Source: a virus (taxonomy: Duplodnaviria > Caudoviricetes). From it: 64,000 nt of DNA. A model generated the notes under the pieces. The model made no database searches and was not told the origin of the DNA. It was given only the letters and a program-made list of their open reading frames with translations. Both the position numbers and the translations under genes were made by a program. Of the stretch, positions 35,382 through 45,696 are shown in pieces; the first letter of the stretch is position 1, and the number at the start of each line of letters is the position of its first letter. The stretch spans positions 1 to 64,000 of the IMG/VR virus record IMGVR_UViG_3300020172_002590. One strand, 5' to 3'.

Positions 35382-35615
35382 TTAAATACCTTTCTTCTTA
35401 AACATTTTTTTGATTTTGTAATTACGATAATAACGCTTATAATAAGCTGACCATTTATTATCAAGCTTTTCTACAACGCTTGTGTAGTCTTTAATATAAA
35501 GATCATTTTCACGAAAAGCGCGATCTTCAAGATAATCAAGAGCTTCAATAATTAACTCAAGTTCAGGTTTAGTAAAAGAAACTTTAATACTTCTCACTTT
35601 ACATATACCTTTCAT
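35382..35615 (-). CDS. hypothetical protein
   Basis: packed ORF. Confidence 0.55.
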   Translation of the reverse strand: MKGICKVRSIKVSFTKPELELIIEALDYLEDRAFRENDLYIKDYTSVVEKLDNKWSAYYKRYYRNYKIKKMFKKKGI

Positions 35616-35720
35616 TGTAAGCTTTTACTACTTCTTGTTCCATACACTGAGTACAGACTGAATCATCAGGCAATTCTTCATAAACAGCTTCACAGTTTTT
35701 ACAAATATACATTGCTACCT

Positions 35721-36026
35721 CTATTCGTATTTTGTTTCAATACAATGAACACAAGGCTGACCTTGTTCCATTTCTTCACATTCACACTCATCTTCATCAA
35801 TAGTAAGAAACATTTCTTCCCAACAATTTGGATGAGTTCCTGAAATCATAACTTCTCGAATTTCTTTTGGCAAAAAAGGAAAGACATCTTGAATGTATTC
35901 ATTATTCAGAATCAGTCTTTGATATTCATCAAAAGACAAACAAAATTCACTTTCTTCTCCGCAATGAAAACACTTTCTGGTAAAACCATAAGCATTTTCA
36001 TTAATCATATAAATATTTGCTCTCAT
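35721..36026 (-). CDS. Cys-rich hypothetical protein
   Basis: CFHC, IQDVFP..REVMISGTHPNCW. Confidence 0.7.
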   Translation of the reverse strand: MRANIYMINENAYGFTRKCFHCGEESEFCLSFDEYQRLILNNEYIQDVFPFLPKEIREVMISGTHPNCWEEMFLTIDEDECECEEMEQGQPCVHCIETKYE

Positions 36027-36027
36027 T

Positions 36028-36336
36028 TTAATTGTTCCTTTCAGGATAAATAGTTAATAATGCTTGATACCTTTTTACAAAAGTTGGATTTTCCCAAGCC
36101 AAAGAACCATATTTTGCGCTAGGCAAATCTGGAAGTTCTTCGCGATTAATATGGATTGACATTCCATTAATAAAAATGGAAAGCCTATAACCAAGATAAG
36201 AAGCAAAGTCTTCTAAAGCTTCTTCAATTGTTTGGAAATATTTAATTTCTCCATATTGATTTCGAGTTGAATAATTAGTTTCTTCTTGAAACATCATTTC
36301 ATCATCATTCATTTTCATCTTCCATTTCATAATCAC
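36028..36336 (-). CDS. hypothetical protein
   Basis: packed ORF. Confidence 0.6.
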   Translation of the reverse strand: MIMKWKMKMNDDEMMFQEETNYSTRNQYGEIKYFQTIEEALEDFASYLGYRLSIFINGMSIHINREELPDLPSAKYGSLAWENPTFVKRYQALLTIYPERNN

Positions 36337-36562
36337 TGTTTACATCTTCATTGACCATAACGATTCTTTCTTTCATTTTTTCTTGAATGCAATCATCACA
36401 AATCCAAATTTTCATATGAGATAAGTCAAAAATAGAACCATAAGAACCATAAATGTCAATTTCAATGGCACCTTCAACTAATACAAAATCAGTTTTTATG
36501 TTGTTAGTTTGCATATAACTAATTTGTTTTCCACAAGAAAAACAAGGACAGGGTGTATACAT
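36305..36562 (-). CDS. zinc-finger hypothetical protein
   Basis: CFSC, YGSIFD, ICDDC. Confidence 0.7.
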   Translation of the reverse strand: MYTPCPCFSCGKQISYMQTNNIKTDFVLVEGAIEIDIYGSYGSIFDLSHMKIWICDDCIQEKMKERIVMVNEDVNSDYEMEDENE

Positions 36563-36930
36563 TATCTCATCTCCAAAAATTGAGGGTATTTCTTATAAAA
36601 CAAAAATGTTTTGATCTGGTAATTAACCATTTGATGAACATAGTTAGATGCAAGATGAATTCTTAACTCATCTCCCATCTCGGTTTTACTACCAAGATTT
36701 TTCATAACTTGATCTTTAACTCTTGAATGGAAAAAACATTCGCGTCCTTTCTTAATTTCAAAAGTATTGATCACTTTAACTATCTCTCTACCAATTTTTT
36801 TATTAGTAGCAACATCATCAGTGCCATAATCAGCATTGATAAATATTTTTTTCTCTACGTCATTTATAGAAAAGCTAACCATTTCTTCAGTCTTCATTTT
36901 TTTCACTCCTATATTCGTAAATACATTCAA
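36562..36930 (-). CDS. hypothetical protein
   Basis: packed ORF. Confidence 0.6.
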   Translation of the reverse strand: MNVFTNIGVKKMKTEEMVSFSINDVEKKIFINADYGTDDVATNKKIGREIVKVINTFEIKKGRECFFHSRVKDQVMKNLGSKTEMGDELRIHLASNYVHQMVNYQIKTFLFYKKYPQFLEMR

Positions 36931-36989
36931 TAACGGCTACATAACCGAAACAAATAAAAGGTGTCATTGCGACACCAAATATCAACCAA

Positions 36990-37196
36990 TCAATCATTTT
37001 GCAAATCCTTTCCAGATTCAACATTTTTTGTTTTTTGCATTCCGCAACCTTTTGGGCAATCAGTAAGCTGCCCCTTTTTCAATTGGAAAAACCTCATTGG
37101 TAATCCAGTTTCTATCTTATGTTCACAGAATAAAACTTGAATTGCTTCAAATCTACCCGGAATGTTTTTATTCATTTTGATCTCCATATCCATCAA
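36990..37196 (-). CDS. hypothetical protein
   Basis: packed ORF. Confidence 0.5.
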   Translation of the reverse strand: MMDMEIKMNKNIPGRFEAIQVLFCEHKIETGLPMRFFQLKKGQLTDCPKGCGMQKTKNVESGKDLQND

Positions 37197-37410
37197 TAAT
37201 GTCTGCTCTTGTATTTAGACTTTTAAGTTCATCTTTCCGAACCCAAAAGTAATTGCATTTATGTAGTAAAGCCGGGGTATAAACCTTACGAAATTCTCTT
37301 TCTCTTTCGTCAAGTCCCATACGATTACATTTTTCTTCTAAACAATAATCGTAACCAGCTTCAAATCTTTCTTCAATAAATTCTTGTTCACAAAATTTAC
37401 AAATTGCCAT
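37168..37410 (-). CDS. zinc-finger hypothetical protein
   Basis: CKFC...ERFEAGYDYC....C, HKCNY. Confidence 0.7.
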   Translation of the reverse strand: MAICKFCEQEFIEERFEAGYDYCLEEKCNRMGLDEREREFRKVYTPALLHKCNYFWVRKDELKSLNTRADIIDGYGDQNE

Positions 37411-37558
37411 CGATTGTTTCTTTCTGTTTTTTTGCTATGTCAAATAACACATTTATCAACTTTTTCATTTCATCATTTTTCTTTTGAAGAAGCTTAATTC
37501 TTTTTTCTAAGTCTTCTATCATCATTTTAAAAATGACTTCATCTGTATTTGTATTCAT

Positions 37559-37858
37559 TTATATACCTTCAATAATTAAAGTAATTTTTTTCTTATCTTT
37601 TGACCAACGATGATGTACTTCTATGTTGTTATACAAACAAGATTTTTTAACAGCTTTAAGAATTAATTTTCTATCTTCTTCTTTTGTTCCGTCAATTTCA
37701 ATGTCAATCTTTTCTCCAACTCGCATAGTTGAAATCTTTTTATGAAACATTTTTTCAAGTTCTGTTACAAACTTTAGACCAACTTTTTTGTGGTTATAAG
37801 CTTCAACTTTGTTTACTTTTTCTATCATTTTTATTCTTTCTTTTTTGTGCCTACTCAA
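37559..37858 (-). CDS. basic hypothetical protein
   Basis: ORF; weak resemblance to 40487..40828. Confidence 0.6.
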   Translation of the reverse strand: MSRHKKERIKMIEKVNKVEAYNHKKVGLKFVTELEKMFHKKISTMRVGEKIDIEIDGTKEEDRKLILKAVKKSCLYNNIEVHHRWSKDKKKITLIIEGI

Positions 37859-37927
37859 TGAAAAATGGGATAGTAAACACTATCCCATTTCCCATCTTTT
37901 TCTTATCTTTATGACGTAAGTAATTAC

Positions 37928-38341
37928 TTACTCAGAATCAATTGCTGTATACAGTTCTTCAACATTTTGATAATGAGGAAGAATAACAATTTCACAATCA
38001 CCATAATCAAGTTGACGAATTGTGTAATTATCTTGCGTAATCAAAACTTGAAGCATTTCTAATTGGTAAATGCGTAACTCATCTCTATGTTCTTTACTCA
38101 ATCTTGCAGCATAATCATAATGCTCAATATTGATCAAACGCAAATTCTTAATACTTTTACGAATTTCCATTCGAGCAAAAATCATAAGTATTTCTGAACC
38201 AGCATCATTACCCCAATAAGTTCTATCTTCCAAAGGAGTATCAAAAATAGAAGGTGTTTTTTCTACTTTTTCTCCACCAAAACCTCTTGATGGAACAATT
38301 TCACTTTCGTCAATAAATTCAAATTCCATTACTTCATCCAA
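37928..38341 (-). CDS. hypothetical protein with N-terminal FEFIDESEI motif
   Basis: shares N-terminus with the cassette paralogs. Confidence 0.7.
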   Translation of the reverse strand: MDEVMEFEFIDESEIVPSRGFGGEKVEKTPSIFDTPLEDRTYWGNDAGSEILMIFARMEIRKSIKNLRLINIEHYDYAARLSKEHRDELRIYQLEMLQVLITQDNYTIRQLDYGDCEIVILPHYQNVEELYTAIDSE

Positions 38342-38748
38342 TCTTTGTTGTAACCATTAATTTCTGAATAATCTCTACCATCAACAATCAGCTTATCGCC
38401 ATTTTTTGAATAGTAGTAAAACAAACCATTTTCAAATTCAATATTCATTTCTTGTTTGAGTTTCTGAATAGCAATCAAAACACTACTCTTTAATCCTTCA
38501 TCAATTATTGAATCAATAAAACACATTGTTCTAATCTGTGTATCAAGATTTTTCGTAAGAATTCTTACAATATCAAATCTTGCTACATTCATTTTGTCAT
38601 TATGAACAATTACTTTTTCATTTGCCAAAATACGAAGCTTTTGCTCAAACTCATTCGCACGATTTTTCCAATACTGAATGTCATCATTATTGCTCATTTT
38701 GTTCTTCCTTTTTATTGTTGAAATATTCATTGACGCTAAGATTAGCAC
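38329..38748 (-). CDS. hypothetical protein
   Basis: packed ORF. Confidence 0.65.
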   Translation of the reverse strand: MLILASMNISTIKRKNKMSNNDDIQYWKNRANEFEQKLRILANEKVIVHNDKMNVARFDIVRILTKNLDTQIRTMCFIDSIIDEGLKSSVLIAIQKLKQEMNIEFENGLFYYYSKNGDKLIVDGRDYSEINGYNKDWMK

Positions 38749-39208
38749 GTTCTAAAATCTCGTCAATAGTCAAACCGTTAGGGTTAGTCTTACCTTTAGG
38801 TAAAACAAATTCTTCAGGAAAAGCACCAGCAGAAGTTACAGTTGATGTAATATCAATACTTTCATCATTACTTACTTTTGCAGCAGTATGTATTTGTCCA
38901 CTTGTAAGTGAACGCATACCTGAACGCCTAACTCGCATTTGACGATTACGCAATACCTTATCTGTACCGTCAGGATAAACAATAGCAGGTCTATTTTCTA
39001 ACTTGCGGCGATAGTTATTCATAAAACGCATAGCAGAACCTGAATCAATTTTTCTACCTGTATCTGTTACAAATACATATCTAACAGCCATATTTTCTGT
39101 AATCTTGATGTAATCCACAATCTTACCGAAATCTTTTACGCCATTAGATAATTGAGTGCCAAGCATAGCGATAACCTTATCTTGATACTCATCTAATTCT
39201 GAACCCAT
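38687..39208 (-). CDS. hypothetical protein, first gene of the leftward block
   Basis: GAGG SD; upstream GTGTGA-N17-TAGACT promoter on minus strand. Confidence 0.7.
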   Translation of the reverse strand: MGSELDEYQDKVIAMLGTQLSNGVKDFGKIVDYIKITENMAVRYVFVTDTGRKIDSGSAMRFMNNYRRKLENRPAIVYPDGTDKVLRNRQMRVRRSGMRSLTSGQIHTAAKVSNDESIDITSTVTSAGAFPEEFVLPKGKTNPNGLTIDEILERANLSVNEYFNNKKEEQNEQ

Positions 39209-39600
39209 AAGTGAACCTCACTAATAATGTAATAAAATAACACGTACAAATCCTAACCTATTTGTACGTCTATTTGTGCCATAAAGATAGTCTATCAGTT
39301 GGGAATTAGATTCACACGCTAGAAATTAGATTTCTTTTATATTTCTTTTAGGTGAGAAAATGACGCGATCAATAGATCGGGATTGTATGTCGAGCAGCTT
39401 ATTTATAATATTTTTAATTACATTAGCCAGGATCTAAAAAATCAGCTTATTGACGATCTATATTGCCCGTGTAATTTTAGGCTATTTTCTCACCTAATTC
39501 ACACCCTGCAATATTTTAGCAAATAATGCAAAAATTTTAATATATTTTTTTGGGCCTACTACATTATTCTTATAAAACCCAAAAAAGTAAACACTTTGAC

Positions 39601-40413
39601 TTATTCTGCTGGCTTAGCATTATCTATAAGGAACTGCATAAGAGTTCCTGTGTATTTCATTCTACCTAGATGCGTAAGTTCAATAGTTGGGTCTGTCCAA
39701 ATATCGCCATTCATCTTTTGCCAATAGCGACAGAAACCGTAATCCTCAGATAAGAATCTATTATCTTCGTCTACATAAGAATTAAATAATGCATAAGAAT
39801 AGTTTCTTTCCTCTTCATTAAGCAGCCCGGTATCATCATCATATTTTAATTCCGGATACTGAGCAAACATTTTCTCAAATGCGCTACGCTTAATCATCAT
39901 AAAACCAGTGCCAGCATCATGAACAGAAATTGCACCATTTTCTACAACAATTTGATCACTACCAAAACGAACTGGATTTACAACAAATCTTGTACTCAAT
40001 GATAAAAGCCTATCTGGATCCACACCTTTTTCTACTGCTTTAGAAATTTTTTCCCAATTTATATCCTTTATGGGATAAGCACCAGTTACAATTTCTTTAT
40101 CGTGCCATAACATCTTCAAAATATCATCAGGGTTAAAACCTAAATCAACATCAATAAATACCAAATGAGTAAACTCAGGATTAGCCATAAACTTAGCTAC
40201 AAGTTGATTTCTAGCTCTTGAAATAAGAGAATCAGATAATGTACTAATAGAAAATTTTAATCCAATGTCTTTAAACCCAATTGCTGTCTTTATGAAGGAC
40301 ATAAAAAATGGTTCCGTAATTTGTTGATCATAACAAGGCAAAGCAAAAAATGGATGCCAACCTTTTATTTGATCAGAAGTAATTTCAATTTCTTGTTCTT
40401 GTGTTTGAATCAT
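39601..40413 (-). CDS. GT-A fold (family 2-like) glycosyltransferase
   Basis: SLISRARN, FIDVD (DxD), AGTGFMMIKR, LSEDYGFC; leaderless after TATACT. Confidence 0.8.
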   Translation of the reverse strand: MIQTQEQEIEITSDQIKGWHPFFALPCYDQQITEPFFMSFIKTAIGFKDIGLKFSISTLSDSLISRARNQLVAKFMANPEFTHLVFIDVDLGFNPDDILKMLWHDKEIVTGAYPIKDINWEKISKAVEKGVDPDRLLSLSTRFVVNPVRFGSDQIVVENGAISVHDAGTGFMMIKRSAFEKMFAQYPELKYDDDTGLLNEEERNYSYALFNSYVDEDNRFLSEDYGFCRYWQKMNGDIWTDPTIELTHLGRMKYTGTLMQFLIDNAKPAE

Positions 40414-40486
40414 AAACAAAAGTATACACGAAAAAAACCCCCATGTGTTTCCACATGAGGGTCTTTTCCTAAATATTTTTTAATAT

Positions 40487-40828
40487 TTACTTAGATGCTT
40501 TTGTCTTCTCTTTTGCAGTAACAGAAGGCACTGCATTTGCAGTAACAGAAGTCATTGCATTTGTGTCTTGTGTTGCCTTAAAGTAAAGCTTGCTATCATC
40601 TGCATCAAAGCGAATAACAATATTGAAACCCAACTTCTTAGCCTGAGCACGAATACGCTGCTGCATTGAATTATATGCCTTACCCTTTTCAATACCAGTA
40701 ATGCAAAACTTTTCTCCAGTCTTTACAGACTCATTGAGTGCATCAATAATCATCTGCAATTCTTCAGACACTCTACCTGAGCGAGAGATTTCTGGAAAGT
40801 TTTCTACTTTTTGAATGCTAATGGACAT
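40487..40828 (-). CDS. small basic putative DNA-binding protein (distant FEFIDE-like)
   Basis: RSGRVSEEL...RIRAQAKKLG; AAGGA SD; terminator at 40433-40468. Confidence 0.65.
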   Translation of the reverse strand: MSISIQKVENFPEISRSGRVSEELQMIIDALNESVKTGEKFCITGIEKGKAYNSMQQRIRAQAKKLGFNIVIRFDADDSKLYFKATQDTNAMTSVTANAVPSVTAKEKTKASK

Positions 40829-40972
40829 TTTAATTTCCTTTGTTCTTGTTGTTTGTAAGTGTTGAAATGGTCTTTCCATTTCGTTGAATGTCATCATAAC
40901 ACCGCCTTTTTCACCGTGTCGGCAGTTTGCGTATCTTTTTTAAAAAAAGTTTTTGTAACAATTATTTTGTGA

Positions 40973-41170
40973 TCAAAAGTCTTGAGCAATATTTTTAGAC
41001 TTTACATCGTCAGTTTCTTCATAAGAAGAAATGATTTTTTGCAGCTTTTGCACAGCCAATTTGTTTACAGTAAGTTCAAAATTTAAACTACTAATTTGGC
41101 GATTCAATTCAGCAATAATTTCATCAACAGTAACTTGTCCGCTATCTTTATTTAGACTAGATCTATCCAT
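40973..41170 (-). CDS. small coiled-coil protein
   Basis: overlaps terminase end. Confidence 0.6.
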   Translation of the reverse strand: MDRSSLNKDSGQVTVDEIIAELNRQISSLNFELTVNKLAVQKLQKIISSYEETDDVKSKNIAQDF

Positions 41171-42882
41171 CTCTCAGCCCCTCCAATCTCTTTCTTATCT
41201 GTATCTTCAAACATTTGAAGATCTCTATTATACATTTTTACAGAAGAGAATTCTTCAAATTCATCATCCATTTCAAATATAGGACTAGGTGCTAATACTT
41301 CAATTTCAACTTCTGAATCAATAGCAGCCATACTCATAGCATTAAAGACAGACCCGGCTAATGCATCAGCTAAGTCTTTAGAACCAGTAGCAGGGTGATC
41401 AATTTTGTTATTACCAAATAGCTTTAACTTTAATAATTCTTCTTCAACTAATAACTCATTCCAATATCCGCGTAATCTTGTATCATACATACAGGACATT
41501 AAGGTGTCATAATCTGTTTTCTTAACGCTATGGAAATCTGAATTGATCCCCATACTTCTAAGGCTCTGAATCATTTCAATAGATTGCCAACGGTCAAATG
41601 TAACTAATCCAACATCAAATTTTCTATGTAGATCAACGATCATTTGTCTAATTGATGCAAAGTTAATTTCTGCACCAACTGAAGCTTCCCAAGAATAAAC
41701 AAGATCAACATTAATAATAGGTAACTTTTCTACACCCATTGAAGTTTTTACTTCTTTAAATCCAGCACAATGCGACATACAAAGTGCAGCCCTATCTCGT
41801 TTCAAAGCCAAGTCAACATGAATAAATCTTGTATATCCATCTTTATTATTAAACCAGGGTTTAAACATTCCTTCTTCATCTACTGGGTCTTCTCTATACA
41901 TAAATGCTTTTCTAACTAGATCAGCATCTCTAAAGTATGCGTCTTCCATATTAGGTGGTTCACATTCAAATCTAGCTCTAGCCTGAATAGGATTACGAAT
42001 ATATTCCGACTCTAATTGCTCTCTCTTAATCGTAGGATTAACTTCCCAAGTAGCAGCTTTCATTGACCAAGTTTTTGGTTCATTATTATTTCTAGAATCA
42101 AAATATCTTTGCTGAATAAAGTCACCTTTATAACGAGGGAAAGACAAAAGAATAACCTTACCGACTTCCGGGAAACGAGACATAACAGATAACTTACTCA
42201 TATTATAAATCGCAGATGCAGAACCTTTTGATCTAGTTTCTCCCTTTAATTCAACATCTGTTTTAAAAGCTGCAATTTCGTCAAGAATAATTGTCATAAC
42301 TTCATAACCTTCCCAACCTTCACTTTCAGAGTGACCAGAGAAACATCTTACAGGTCTACTAAAGAAAAATATTTCTGAAACTCTAGGTTCAAATCCTACT
42401 TCATTAAAAAATGGAGAACCAAGCAGTAAGTTTTTAAAAGGCTCAAAGAAAACTCTTTGTGCTTGCTGAGCGTTTACAGCTAAGTTAAGCAAGTCAATAT
42501 ATACACCATTTGCTTTACCATAATAACTTAAAGGATCTCGAAGACAATGCATAAGATAAGCTGTATACGCCATTGAAATTCTTGCACAATGGTCTTTACC
42601 AGAACCTTTACCTAACATGCATATGACTTCATTATCTGTATACTTATCGTAATAAGCCGCACCTTCTTCTTCACCCATCAAATTCATTAACGTATGTTTT
42701 TTAAAAATTTGTGTAGAATGTCGTACAATCTCTAATTGAATAGGAGATAATGGTGGAAGCCCAAGATATTTCCTATCCTGAACAAATACTTCAATAGGAA
42801 CAGGTTCTTGTACAAATTCTTCTTTCTTTAGCAATCTTTCAAAGTCTGCTAATTCTAAGTTCATACCGATGAAGTCAGACAT
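41152..42882 (-). CDS. terL: terminase large subunit
   Basis: Walker A GKGSGKD, Walker B IILDE, RNase H-like HVDLA...TFDRWQS...KIDHP..GSKDLADALAG. Confidence 0.88.
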   Translation of the reverse strand: MSDFIGMNLELADFERLLKKEEFVQEPVPIEVFVQDRKYLGLPPLSPIQLEIVRHSTQIFKKHTLMNLMGEEEGAAYYDKYTDNEVICMLGKGSGKDHCARISMAYTAYLMHCLRDPLSYYGKANGVYIDLLNLAVNAQQAQRVFFEPFKNLLLGSPFFNEVGFEPRVSEIFFFSRPVRCFSGHSESEGWEGYEVMTIILDEIAAFKTDVELKGETRSKGSASAIYNMSKLSVMSRFPEVGKVILLSFPRYKGDFIQQRYFDSRNNNEPKTWSMKAATWEVNPTIKREQLESEYIRNPIQARARFECEPPNMEDAYFRDADLVRKAFMYREDPVDEEGMFKPWFNNKDGYTRFIHVDLALKRDRAALCMSHCAGFKEVKTSMGVEKLPIINVDLVYSWEASVGAEINFASIRQMIVDLHRKFDVGLVTFDRWQSIEMIQSLRSMGINSDFHSVKKTDYDTLMSCMYDTRLRGYWNELLVEEELLKLKLFGNNKIDHPATGSKDLADALAGSVFNAMSMAAIDSEVEIEVLAPSPIFEMDDEFEEFSSVKMYNRDLQMFEDTDKKEIGGAERWIDLV

Positions 42883-43505
42883 TATTCTGCTCCTTTATGG
42901 GGCGAATTTTCCGTTTCAAATTGTGGAGTTTCTACAATCTCTGCTTCTTCTATAAATTCTTCTTGCGTATTCATAATGTCAAAAGCAATAGAAAGCTCTC
43001 TACGGACTTCATCAGCAATCTCTGGGTATTTTGAAATAACATCTCTGAGAACTCTGGATAGGATTTGATTAACATTCTCAGCCTTTTGCATTCGGGCAAT
43101 GTAATCAGAATCGCCATTTGTCCCGCCCATAAGTTTATGCAATTGTGCTTTCTTATTAGCAATGTCTGCTGCCAATTTAAGAGCCTGAATTCTTGCTGGA
43201 ACCATTCCATGATCAGTTGCTATGTTAACTGTCTCCCAAGCTTCCTTGCTTAATTGATCAAACTCTTGAAGAGCTTTAATCGTATTAAATTGAATTCTCT
43301 CAAGGAAGTATGGGTCTTCCTCTGCTTGACGGTTGAGTATCTTTTTATACTCGTTTATATAATCTTTCGCATCCGCTATCTTTATAGATAATAGCGTTGC
43401 TATTTCGTGATAAGAATAACCTTTAACATACAACTGGCCTGCATCTTCTATAGACCTTAATTTGTCAAAGATATTCTTGTCACCTATTGGTTCAATATTT
43501 GACAT
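42882..43505 (-). CDS. putative terminase small subunit
   Basis: N-terminal HTH (GYSYHEIATLL), helical body, coupled to terL. Confidence 0.6.
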   Translation of the reverse strand: MSNIEPIGDKNIFDKLRSIEDAGQLYVKGYSYHEIATLLSIKIADAKDYINEYKKILNRQAEEDPYFLERIQFNTIKALQEFDQLSKEAWETVNIATDHGMVPARIQALKLAADIANKKAQLHKLMGGTNGDSDYIARMQKAENVNQILSRVLRDVISKYPEIADEVRRELSIAFDIMNTQEEFIEEAEIVETPQFETENSPHKGAE

Positions 43506-43734
43506 AATATATAGTTTATCATACTAATACAGAAATAAAAGCGAAAAGCCCCGCCGAAGCGAGGCAATTCACTATTTTTACTTATTAGTTAGAGACAACT
43601 CTGTAAATAGTAATCTTGTCGTTTTTTGCAAAAAGGACAAGTTGCTCTTGGACTTTTATTGGTGAATTCATATTTCTATAATATCATATTCCGGATCGTT
43701 ATTTTGTCGTTTGTTTTTGTTTGTATAAAAATTA

Positions 43735-44499
43735 TTATTCTTTCACAAAACCAAGTTGGTCGCCATCTTTTTCAGCAAAAGTGTGAAGAGTATCATAATC
43801 ATAACCATGCATCTTAGTAAAAACTAATCTATAGTTATACCATCCTCTTACACCTTCCCAAAATTTTTGGTCTGTTTCCGCTGCTAGGTCTACCAATTCT
43901 TCACTCGTTAACAAGAATGTTAGAACTCCCAAAGGCATATAAACAACACTGTTATATGTTGCATCTTTGTCACTTGCATATTCAGCAAGAAGGTCTTGGT
44001 ATTGCTTAATAACTTTGACTACGCCTTCTCCAGAATAATAATCTACTTGTCCATGTGCATTTCTAATTCTTGGGCAGTAATCATCAACAGGGGTAATTGT
44101 TCCAAAAGTTCTGCAAACCATTGGTCTGTATCTGTAAATGGTACAACCACCTTTGTAAAATACACAATGACGATCTGTTTCGCCATTCATTTCCCAATTT
44201 GGATCATGCATTGCTTCTTTCAAATTAGCAATCGTTTCTTCCATCCAAACATTTGCTACATCTTCACCTTCTGATTCCATTTTAAAATAAAAGTCTTGCG
44301 TGATGCGAAAAGCAATATTTGCACATTCAGCAAGCGGAATACGCAAGCCAATACGACAGCACTTGCCAGAACCCAAGCACTTGTATTCTGTTGTGTTCTG
44401 TTTTGATTCAATCACTCTTACCTGATTGTAAACCATATCTAATTTTGAAAATGTGGAAATGTCTTTTGCTGACACACTCCTTCTCATTTCTTTTTTCAT
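43735..44499 (-). CDS. YkgJ-family cysteine-cluster protein
   Basis: CLGSGKCC...CVFYKGGCTIYRYRPMVCRTFG. Confidence 0.8.
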   Translation of the reverse strand: MKKEMRRSVSAKDISTFSKLDMVYNQVRVIESKQNTTEYKCLGSGKCCRIGLRIPLAECANIAFRITQDFYFKMESEGEDVANVWMEETIANLKEAMHDPNWEMNGETDRHCVFYKGGCTIYRYRPMVCRTFGTITPVDDYCPRIRNAHGQVDYYSGEGVVKVIKQYQDLLAEYASDKDATYNSVVYMPLGVLTFLLTSEELVDLAAETDQKFWEGVRGWYNYRLVFTKMHGYDYDTLHTFAEKDGDQLGFVKE

Positions 44500-44792
44500 T
44501 TTAATTTTCCTTTCTTTTTGAGTTCATTTTGTTTTCTCATTTCTCTTCGTCTTTGCTCTACCATTTTTTGGGCTGGCGATTTAGGAGCTTTCTGTTTACC
44601 AGCAGATAAGTTTCTTCCCTTACCTCTGTACTTAAGCAGATCATATTTTTTACACCAGTTGTAAACTGTCTGAGGACTTGTTTTAATATTGTAATTCTTA
44701 TCTAAAAGTTTCACAATATCTGTCAAGTTCATTCTTTTAGCAACATAATGCTCATATAAAAATGTTTTATCTTTATAAGGCTCAAGGCCCAT
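44496..44792 (-). CDS. HTH DNA-binding protein
   Basis: YKDKTFLYEHY...SPQTVYNWC. Confidence 0.65.
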   Translation of the reverse strand: MGLEPYKDKTFLYEHYVAKRMNLTDIVKLLDKNYNIKTSPQTVYNWCKKYDLLKYRGKGRNLSAGKQKAPKSPAQKMVEQRRREMRKQNELKKKGKLK

Positions 44793-45363
44793 CTTTACCA
44801 CCAGTTTTGTAATACCATAAAGCAATTCCTAATGCGTCAATAATATCATCATCTTCAAGACCTGGGGTTTCATTTCCATAAGCAATTGAAACAATTTCTC
44901 TTACTCTAGTTTTTCTTTCGTTCTTCATTTTAATCTGAATAGACCCTTTGGTGCCATTCTTTTCTAAAGAACTCTTATCTTGCTTAGTAACATTTTTGTA
45001 GCCAATAGCTGGCTTCCATTTAAGAGGATTAATATCTCTAGTTTTGATACCTGCTTGATGGAGTATTCCCCATGTAAAACCTATTACATAAGAAATAATT
45101 CTACTTGATTGAAAGTTTTGGACATACACTGATTGCTCAATAGCAGCAACATCTGGCTTATACATATCTATAACCGAAGACATTTCTTTGTATATCTTTG
45201 CAAACTTTTCTGATTCTGTTTTCTCTTTTTTAAGATCTATTTTCCCAGTAGCAATCACATCTTTTTCTTTTGTGACGACTGCCCATGCCAAAGAATGAGA
45301 TGCTGGGTCAATGGCTATGACTTTTTGCCAGTCATTACTACCGACAATATTCTTTAAACTCAT
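44782..45363 (-). CDS. ruvC: RuvC-like Holliday junction resolvase
   Basis: IAIDPAS, AAIEQ, DDIIDALGIA. Confidence 0.85.
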   Translation of the reverse strand: MSLKNIVGSNDWQKVIAIDPASHSLAWAVVTKEKDVIATGKIDLKKEKTESEKFAKIYKEMSSVIDMYKPDVAAIEQSVYVQNFQSSRIISYVIGFTWGILHQAGIKTRDINPLKWKPAIGYKNVTKQDKSSLEKNGTKGSIQIKMKNERKTRVREIVSIAYGNETPGLEDDDIIDALGIALWYYKTGGKDGP

Positions 45364-45384
45364 CTATATATTATAGCGTATAGA

Positions 45385-45696
45385 CTAACGCTGTTCATCC
45401 CTAAGCTTCTTTTCATCCCATCCCCAACTAATTAATCTTTGTATGTATCGTTCAGTTTTACACTGCTCGCATATTTCTTCTTCATTATAGGATGAAAGAA
45501 CAGTATCACAATCTTTTGTTTTACAAATTCTTTTTCGCTTTTTATTCTCTTTTTTTCTGTAGTAGTTTTCAAGCAGTTTTTTATTTGTTACAACTTTTCT
45601 ACATTCTGGCGAGCAGTATATAGTGTTGTAAACTTTTGCTATAAAATCTTTTTTACATTCCTCGTTTTGACATACTCTTTGTTCGCTATCAAACAT
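45385..45696 (-). CDS. Cys-rich zinc-binding hypothetical protein
   Basis: C.NEEC, YCSPEC, LSSYN...CEQC. Confidence 0.7.
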   Translation of the reverse strand: MFDSEQRVCQNEECKKDFIAKVYNTIYCSPECRKVVTNKKLLENYYRKKENKKRKRICKTKDCDTVLSSYNEEEICEQCKTERYIQRLISWGWDEKKLRDEQR

